A stretch of 64,000 nt of DNA, taken from Camelus ferus. Lineage: Eukaryota. The stretch lies in assembly GCF_009834535.1 (NCBI RefSeq), contig NC_045696.1:46192001-46256000 (forward strand), written 5' to 3'. This document shows, one piece after another, positions 55,364-64,000 of this stretch (positions within the stretch are counted from its first letter, which is position 1; the number at the start of each line of letters is the position of its first letter). The notes below the pieces were generated by a model, which had not been told where the DNA came from, did no database searches, and saw only the letters and a list, made by a program, of their open reading frames with translations. The position numbers and the translations under genes were made by a program.

Positions 55364-57411
55364 AAAATTCCAAAATAATTCAGCTCTGTAGACAGACTGG
55401 AACATTTGTCTTCATTAAGAAGCAGATGTTCACTGGGGATCATTTGACAAGATCACCTTATCTGTGATAAGAGTATCCTGTGTAGCAACCATGAATCCTT
55501 AGTTTTGGAAGGGATTTCAGGATATTGCAGAAAACATGGATTAGAACATACTATGTTGTTTTGGTTTAATTATTGCTCTTTGTTTCTTTTGATAAACTGT
55601 TTATCTTAACAAATCACTAATACAGTCAAGGATGAAAATGTTTAACATAAGAAGATAGTCCTGTGGGACTGAGTTTCTGTTTACCCAGGAATTAGAATTG
55701 ACTTTTTCAGTCTACTTATTACTGACTATGTGAGGTTTTACCATCCAAACTCATTTTTATACGTCATTGCATTTACATATGTTTTATTAATCTTGATGCA
55801 CATACATTTGTTTTTAGCATTGTTTCTCTCCTTTTTTGACTTGTTCTTTTCCAACTACTACCCAGCATTATTTTATCATATTATTTTCACAGATTCTTAG
55901 ATCTAATGTTTTTTTTCTAAAGTCTTGGAAATTTTTAAAGAAAGATTTTACTAAGAATAACACATTAATCCATGACAGAAATTTTTTCTTTTATAAATTA
56001 TACTTCTTTAATTATTTACTTTATATGAGAGTTTGCTCACAAATAAAGTTTTCACTAGAATTTTCACTTTAATTTATGCTAATCATTGTTTCATAAGCTA
56101 ATTTTTATTTTGCTTCTGTATAGCTGTCTGTTTCTTCTATTGACTTTTCCCTACAATTGTTTTAATTAATAAATAATGTCTAAAATTTAGAATACAACCA
56201 CATATACTCTGTTGTGAAAAGTTAAATAAGCACATAGCCTTATTTAGAATAATTATAATATAAAATAATATTCTGTCAATACAAAGGATAAAAATAGTCA
56301 ATCTATTAAGTCCAAGTGATAACTTTTTCCTAGGACTCACATTATAAGGTCTCAAAATATAAAAATAAATCTTTTAATACCTGTCAGAAAACTAAAAGTA
56401 GTATATAATTTAATTGCTCATTTATATAAGCATTTGAACAAATCTAAAAGCTCAAGAAATAATGAGACAGAAATAGATGGTTTTTACAACATCACAAAGA
56501 TAGAATTATTTTACTGCTTTACTTAGTCACTACTGAAATGAATTTCTCTATAATATCATAAACTGGGCCAAGATACCATTATTGTACATATATGAATGAG
56601 TTGCCATCTTAAATTAATTCTCCTACAAAGAATCCTTCAGAAATTTATGGGAAATTCTTGAAGAATCAAAACATTTTATAAGTAAAAAACAACTGACTAG
56701 AGATTTAATCCCTCAAGCAATACAGATGTTACAGAAATAAGCTGCGAGAGGTTTTCTCTGACTAAAATAGTTGGAGACTTTTTGATTGAAGAAACCATGG
56801 TATTAGAAGTTACTGCATTTATTTTAAAATAGATAATAGATACAATTAAGATATTTACCTAGAAGAAAATATCCTTTCTATATAGTTTCAGGAAGTGAAC
56901 GTCTTAAGAGTTTCCGTGAATCTAAAAGGCTCCCGGACAGTTGGGAATACTCCCAACTGTTCCATAAATATGGTCCTGAAAATGCTGCACCATGACTTCT
57001 ATTTCTTCTCTATGTTTGGGTCCAGCAAACAGAACAAGAAGACATTACTGAAGCCAAGCTAAACCTTCCATCAAGATCCCAGGGAAATGTGAATACATGA
57101 GGCCGCTGAAGAAAAGGATTCAGTGTAACACCCATCTCCCTGTTTGCACCCTCTGGATCCTCACCCCATTTAATCTGCTTAGTTGGTAACTCCCGCTATG
57201 TGCATATACATGTAACCACCCATCCCCCACACTCTGAGAGACTATCCTCTTTCAGACCTCCAAGGTTTAATCCCTGATGATCAGAATAGATGGACCTAAA
57301 TTTTACTTCCTCAAGTTACTTTTGACAGAATCATGGATTTATAAATTGCTGTGGCCTAGGCATAGAATAAGGGTATAATTTATCACCAAATCAGGGGTTC
57401 AATATAGTTAC

Positions 57412-57893
57412 TGTATTAGTTTTCTATTGCTACTGTAGCAAATTACTACAAGCTCTGTGACTTAAAACAATATAAATTTATTATCTTACAGTTCCAGAGG
57501 TCAGAAGTTTCACATTGGTCTCACTGGGTTAAATTCAAGATGCTGGCAGGGCTGGCTTTTTGTAGATGCCCCAAGGGTGGGATCCATTTCCTTGTCTTTT
57601 CGGCTTCTAGAAGCTGCCTGCATTCCTTGGTTTATGGCCCCTTCTTTCATCCCTCCAACATCATGCTTCATCACCACATCTCCTGCTACTAACTCTAATC
57701 CTTTTGCCTCCCTTCCAAAAGCACTCTTGTGATTGCACTGGGCCCATCCAGCTAATCCAAGATAACCTCTCCATCTCAAGATCCCTAATGTAATTTACAG
57801 CTTTGAAGTACCGTTTACCATGTAAGGTAACAAACTCATGGGTTCTGAAAATTGGGACATAAACATCTTTGTGGGATACTATTCAGCTTATCA
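57412..57893 (-). mobile_element. MLT1C/D-type MaLR LTR, inserted in a hAT-Blackjack (MER94-like) remnant
   Basis: 'tgtattagttttctattgctactgtagcaaattactacaag...ttattatcttacagttccagaggtcagaag'; right flank 'aaactgggactatcccaacaaaactgggacattgggtcaccct' is Blackjack-like. Confidence 0.8.
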
Positions 57894-58492
57894 AAGAGAC
57901 CAGGGGTAGAAGGCATAAACTGGGACTATCCCAACAAAACTGGGACATTGGGTCACCCTTTCCTAATAGAAAAGACAGGACTGACATCAATTGCCATCTT
58001 TCCTCCGTGTTCTTATGATTGCCATTGCCAAGTCCTGGTATGCACTCCTTTCTCCCACCCATGATTCCACCTCTGCTGTTTCAGATAATTCCTGTTGTTC
58101 AAGGAAAAGCATCTCCAACACGAAAATTCCCAGCTGAGCATAATCTCTCCCTTCCCTGTTCTCTTTTCAGCATGGATTTGTCATCTCCTACTGCACTTGC
58201 CACTATCTACTAAATTTAATGTAAATATACTTGTAACTGTGTCTTTTCTCCCCTACCAGACATAACCTCTTGATGGCAGGGATCATACTTTAGGCCAAAA
58301 GAGCTGTACACATTCAACATATGCCACAAAAATATGTCCTCAACCACTTCTATCCTGTTTTAACAACAGGCCCAGGTCTGTTAATGCAGCCTCTCCAAGC
58401 CTAATTCCCATCAGCTTATCTAGGCAACCAACCAAGTGTACAAGTCACTGGAGACTCAGGACAACTGAGGAGTGCTCTCTACAAACTAAGGA

Positions 58493-59029
58493 TGTTACCC
58501 CAAAAGGTAAATAAAGACCCCATTCTTGTCTTACCTGAAAGACAAGTTTACAGTTGGGAGACAGTGCGTTGTATAGCAAAAGATTTATTTTTAAAAAGGA
58601 AAAGTACACCCCCAAGAACGGGAGGCAGGCTGATCCAAGGGAGGAAAAGCTACAGTTTTTATCTCCCATTTGTCTTATAAGCTGGCTTAGAGGTGGTTTT
58701 TTGATTGATTGACAGCTCTTGTTTCTGGAATGCTTAGTCATGTTTGGCCCCTTTGCGCATGTCCTTACCCATGGTGTATACAGAAAAACTTACAGGGGGT
58801 TCTAAATTGTAATGTTAATTATAATACAATGAGTATTGGATCGTGTCCAGTTAAGTCCTTTCTACTACCGCAGTTGTGGCTGTCAGGTTTTAACCAGTTT
58901 CTTGCTGGCACTCGGTTAGAAGAAGTAAAGTTCCTTTATGGTGGAGGTGGGCATAATGTCATCTTCCAGACCATCCTCCCACTCTGCCACCTATCTGCCC
59001 GGTGTCCCCACCTATCTAACTACCTAACA
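58493..59029 (-). mobile_element. ERV1 solo LTR
   Basis: TGTTA...TAACA termini, perfect 4-bp TSD AGGA, minus-strand AATAAA near 58585. Confidence 0.85.
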
Positions 59030-60609
59030 AGGAGATGGACATTTCACCAGAATCTTCCTTCAAACTGGGTTAAAGCCAACATTTTGATGGAAATATGTCT
59101 ACTAGTCAATGTGATTTTTATCAAGAGGATGCTGTCACCCATATCTGGTTATTTGTTGCAGCAATAAATAAAAAAAAACCACTTTGATAGTGTTTAATTA
59201 TAAACTCAGTGCTTTCAGATCTTCACTTAATCAAAATTTATTAGAGCTGGGTTTTATTTTGGGGGATTTTTTTAATGGCAGAAGATGATAACACTGAAAT
59301 CTTTTTTATCAAGGGAAAAGATACAAGCTGCTAAAATTCCATTTAGTTATTATTTCTCTGGAAACTGCAGTAGTAGAGGTATAAGCAGAAGCCACAAGAA
59401 ATTGTTTATTTGGTGGACACCAATCAAGGAAATTTACATACTTCAATAATCAAAAATAGCCCTTGGTACACTTGCTTTACCGGGTACCCCCACAGCACAG
59501 ACTCCCAATACTTTCAGCCAGATTTCAGTGTATCAGAAACTGGAAGAGCAATAAACTTTGCAGAATGACTTATTAGAAAAGGACACTGGAAGTCATTCAG
59601 TCACTTTTTCCGTTTCTACAATTAGTCATTCCTAGGTTCATTCACAATCCACAGAAAGAAAAGCCAAAAATAGCCACCAGGCCCAGCCTATTGTGAAGCA
59701 GCTGTCTTTGGTGCACACAGGCAAGCAGACAGTTGGAAGTCCAAGTGCAGAGAGTAAACAGAGGCTATATCAAAATAGCAATCATGCTAATCATCAATTT
59801 GTTAGCAAATGTGCTGCATTTTGTATTTTCAAAGCATTGTATCATCATTAATTAATTGAGTGATAATTAATTGCAGTGGCATATAAAATTGTACAGAAGA
59901 TTTGGAAAGAAATTGTTTTATATGGCATGCACTGAAAGAGTGAGAATTTTTTTTCCTTTCTGGTCTTGTTGTTTTTTATTTGTTTATTTGCTTTCCACCA
60001 AATAGGGCGAACTATGTTCTGTCTCACTCTTCTGTTTCAGCTTTTGCTGTTCCTTCTTCCAGGATCACTCCTCCCCAGATAACTCCCATGCATCTATCAG
60101 GTATCAGCTTAAACATCACTTTCTCCAAGAGACAGTTTCCCAGCCCTGCTGCGCTATGTTAGGAACCCCTGCAGTCTCCCTTCAGAGAACCTTTCACCCT
60201 CTATTAAGTTTCCTATTTAATTGTCTGAAACCCATGCTAGACGGTCAGCTCTGTGAGGGCAGAGGCCTCATGTGTCTTGTTCACTCAGCACTGTTTTCTA
60301 GCACAGTGACTCATACATGGTAATCACCCAGTAAGTGCTTCTTAAATGAATAAAAGAATCTCCCACATGAGCTATAAAGAGGCTATTATTGCTAACATGA
60401 GTTCCCACTCTATAAGAACTAATCTGCTCAGCCTTCTAGATGCTCTATCTCGTTTAATGCTCACCATCTTCCTCTGAGGTAAGTACCAGGTAGGAAACTG
60501 AAATGACAGAGAGTAAGATAGTTGCCCATGATCAGACTGCTGGTAAGTGGTGAAAATGAGGTTAAATCACAGGTTTCCTGATTCCAAACCTACATATCTC
60601 CAAATGTGG

Positions 60610-61188
60610 TGAAGAGGAAAATAGTGGCTCCTGAAATCCCAGAACTGGTCTGAGACTCCCAGCCAGGTCTCAGAGTTATCACAAACTGGAGACTGACCTC
60701 AACAGCTGGGCCATGCTTTCCTCCTGTTGCACAAAAATAACCTCACAGAATATCAACATCAGACAAGGCCACTCTGAGACTATGACAGAGTGAGACAAAA
60801 CAAGGCCATTTCATAATTTTGTCTAAGCACAGATCAAAGTATGTTCACTGTGAAAAACAAAAAACACCAAATATCCCCTTCTCCTGACTTATACGAGTTT
60901 CTGCTGCTTCTTTACCAACTATAGCTTTATCCTTGCCTCTCTATGGATAAGATACATTGAGATACTCAAAGAATTGTCTCACTTCCTAATAGCACCAATC
61001 TAGAGTGATTTTGTTTCCTTAGACCTTTCTCAAAATCACCCAAATCCTATAAGTCTTTTTTAACATCCTCTTATGAAATACACCACTGTTCCCATGGTGT
61101 GTGTTCTCCCTTGCTGCAATGAGGTATAAATCCAACTTGTTCAACTATAAATATGTTCTCGGTGGTCTCTGGCTGGAGGGCATTGACA
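60610..61188 (+). mobile_element. ERV1 solo LTR (MER34/MER4-group-like)
   Basis: TG...CA ends, flanks GTGG/GTGA, 'cagacaaggccactctgagactatgac', end 'ggtggtctctggctggagggcattgaca'. Confidence 0.65.
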
Positions 61189-61377
61189 GTGAGTTTTATG
61201 ACTAGCTGTGGGGCTAGAGAAAGAAAATGTTAGAACTTTCACTTGTAATAAGAAAAACAATCTTAATCAATATGTGACATAGTGTAGAGATATGGCTGTC
61301 TTCTTCCATCCCTCCCTCTGTGAGATGGCCACATGACATACAAGGTACACAAGGGGTAACAGTAAGATAGCTAGAGG

Positions 61378-61765
61378 GTCACAAAAGGACATATACTGTA
61401 TGATTCCACTTACATAAGCTACCCAGAGTAGTCAAAGTCATGGAAACAGAAAGTAGAATGGTGATTGCCAGAGGCTTGGGGAAGGGAGAAATGTGGAGCT
61501 GTTGTTTGATGGGTATAGAGTTTCAGTTTTGCAAAATGGAAAAGTTCTAGAGATTTGTTATACAACACTGCAAGTCTAGTCAACACCACTGAACTGTATA
61601 CTCAAAAATGATTAAGACAGGAGAAGAAGATATATACATATATAGCTGAATTACTATGTTGTACACCAAACACTAACAAAACACTGTAAGTCAACTATAC
61701 TTCAATAAAGAAAATAAAAATAAAAAAGATTAAGACAGTAAATTTTATATTATGTGCTTAAAATT
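61378..61765 (+). mobile_element. L1MB-type 3' end carrying a nested ~107-bp L1 tail (61621-61727)
   Basis: 'catatactgtatgattccacttacata...agaaagtagaatggtgattgccagagg'; the nested piece is flanked by TSD GATTAAGACAG. Confidence 0.85.
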
Positions 61766-62042
61766 TTTTAATTAAAAATGTTTGATTAAACTTTTTAATT
61801 TAAGCAATTAAGTTTTAAGTTTAAATTTTAAAACAACAACTAGAGGGAAGAGTGAGAGTTTTACCAAACAGAGGATTAGACATGGCCATCATAGTCTTTC
61901 TCCTCCTGGATACTAGGACATACTACTCTTGACCTGTGCCCAGTTAAGCGAATTTATGGATTTCATTAGCTTAAATAGAGCATAAACAGAACTTTGTAAT
62001 GATATAGAGAGTATCCAATGAAATCTCTGTCCTACATCTAAC

Positions 62043-62230
62043 AGTGGCTCTTTATCTTGACTGCCTGTGAGAATGACTTAGGTTGTTTTTGAAAAATACT
62101 ACCATCTGAGTCCCACCCCACAGCAATTAAATCAGAATCTCCAGGGGTGAAATCTGAGAACATTTTATTGTTTTTTGTTTTTTAATGTTCCAAGTGATTC
62201 TAACAGGTAGCCCACAGTTGAGAGCCACTG
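62043..62230. mobile_element. MER5A (hAT-Charlie)
   Basis: CAGTGGCTCT...aattaaatcagaatctccagggg...GAGAGCCACTG inverted ends. Confidence 0.75.
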
Positions 62231-62598
62231 AAAATAGAGGTTCATGAGCGCTTGAGTTCTTAAATTTAAGGGCATGTTACACATTGTTCTTTTACAACTG
62301 AAAAGTGTTCCTAATTTATTGACCTTTTCTATAATGAAAAACTGCTATGAATAGCATGCTAACAGATTTTTTAAAAATACATTAACTTTATCTTTCCTTT
62401 TGAGGAAAAACTAGCACTTTGATAATGAGTGAAATAATCATTGCTTTTCAAAAGGTAATTATGATATAGAGAATGGATTTTGAAAATGTGTGTTTAGACA
62501 TGTTTCCATTATTTTATTGTTGGAAAAGTGATGTCATCATAGATATACAATCAAAAACTTGAAAACAAAGTTTTTCATCCAATTTAAAAAGACTTTTG

Positions 62599-62723
62599 TT
62601 TATGTATAACTGAAAAATTGTGCTCTACACTGGAATTTGACACATTGTAAAATGACTATAACTCAATAAAAAAAGTTAAAAAAAATTTTAAAAACCAAAA
62701 CAATAAAATAAAATAAAATAAAA
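62599..62723 (+). mobile_element. Extremely 5'-truncated young L1 (same family as 54513-55363)
   Basis: 'tttatgtataactgaaaaattgtgctctacactggaa...gactataact' nearly identical to ~55246-55310; perfect 14-bp TSD TAAAAAGACTTTTG. Confidence 0.9.
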
Positions 62724-64000
62724 TAAAAAGACTTTTGGTGAGCTTGGGGCCCAATATTAAAAGTATAAAATCTTCATATTAATTTGTAAAGAAGTATTGG
62801 TTATCATGAAGGAAGAAGGTAACATACCATATAAGCTTCAACTGAAACTTTGCAAAACTAGAGGATAGAGTTGAAAAATTAATTTCAAAATTAAAATTTT
62901 TTTAGCCAATGATATATTTCTTTCATTTCAATCTCCATATTCTTGAAAGTTTTTTTCCCCCAGGAAGACAGGATTAAGATTAAATATAAAAGCAGAATTT
63001 TGGTTTGCTACATAAATAAGTGCTAAAATTTTTTCAAAAGTAATAAATCATATTTAGTAATAGTGCTCTTATTAAACATACTGACATACCATCAAAAGTA
63101 AAATAAAATAAATTATATTTAAGTATTTTATTTGTTTTAAGTCTATTTTTGAATGTTCTTTATAATACATTAAATACACTCATTTATTTATGTACTGTAT
63201 AAATACATAAATAAACATATATTGAAGCTGCATTCAAAAATGTTGGTATTGGAGAGTATATGGTCAAAGAAAGTCTAGAAAACCCGGCACTGTGCTTTAT
63301 TTCTCCTCCCCAAAAGTTTAGTGTTCTCAAGCCATTGTACTTTCACAACATTACCTACCTATTCCTAGCAAATATGGTTAAATATTCTTTATATTGATTA
63401 AAGCTGTAAGTGTGTTGGAAGCAGGAGAAGAGGGTGGTTGTTACATAATAAAATTCAAAGCTGGTGCTTGAGAAAAATCTGAGTTGGAGATCAATAGAGT
63501 CAATTGGTCTAAAACAGCTTTGCTAGTAAGAAAACAAAAAAACCACAGCAAAAGATTTTAAATTTAGGAGTCTAAGAGAATACTCAATGTATTCAATAAC
63601 TTCTGAAGTGCATTTTGTTGTTTTAATCACAGGTAAAAAGAAATAAATATCCACCCTATTCCCAGGTTCCAAAACTGCTTCTCTGGGAAGACTCTGCTGT
63701 GTAAACTATTACTAAATTGTCTTTCTTTGTCCTTTTGGTATATGTTTTCCTAAAGACAAGGTGTAAAAAATACATTTATATCATTTTGTGGTGTAACTAG
63801 GTTTTTACTGAGAATTCTTCTATTAAATGACTTTGCTGTGAACAGAAGACTCCTAGAAAGCAGAACAAAACAAAGTGGCAGCTTACTGTAGAAAACACTA
63901 TCTATCTACGGTGCAACTCACAGGAAAGTAACTATGATTAGTGTGTATTTGAAATTCTCATGATATGTGAAAAACCAGATGTGGCTACTTAAAAAACACA

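Noticed and set aside
56937..56960. Perfect 10-bp hairpin ACAGTTGGGA-ATAC-TCCCAACTGT
   Set aside because: Too short for a miRNA precursor; resembles hAT-Blackjack subterminal motifs or chance.
58445..59167. ORFs of 62-152 aa
   Set aside because: They lie largely within an ERV1 solo LTR with a TSD; non-coding.

Overview
Repeat-rich, AT-rich mammalian genomic DNA. It is probably camelid, judged from a Vic-1-type tRNA SINE and camelid-style L1 3' ends. There is one intact protein-coding gene, the single-exon testis gene CCDC54 (24572-25558, +). The rest is mostly transposon debris: L1, L2, MIR, MLT/ERVL/ERV1 LTRs, Tigger/Charlie/MER DNA elements, and a 5.2-kb deleted ERV1 provirus (12119-17323) with both LTRs and a GAAC target-site duplication. 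The main finding is largely invisible in the ORF track. On the minus strand at ~44030-45520 lies a heavily decayed sequence whose frames, read across stops and frameshifts, give a colinear series of motifs matching about the first 420 residues of filovirus (Ebola-like) nucleoprotein. This is a candidate endogenous filovirus-like NP element, split by a later SINE insertion. Second, the provirus's 3' LTR is CpG-island-like (about 24 CpG versus about 4 in the 5' LTR), has a perfect YY1 site and has lost its TATA and polyA signals; it lies 7 kb upstream of CCDC54. All protein and repeat-family comparisons were made by eye from remembered sequences and need confirmation by database search.
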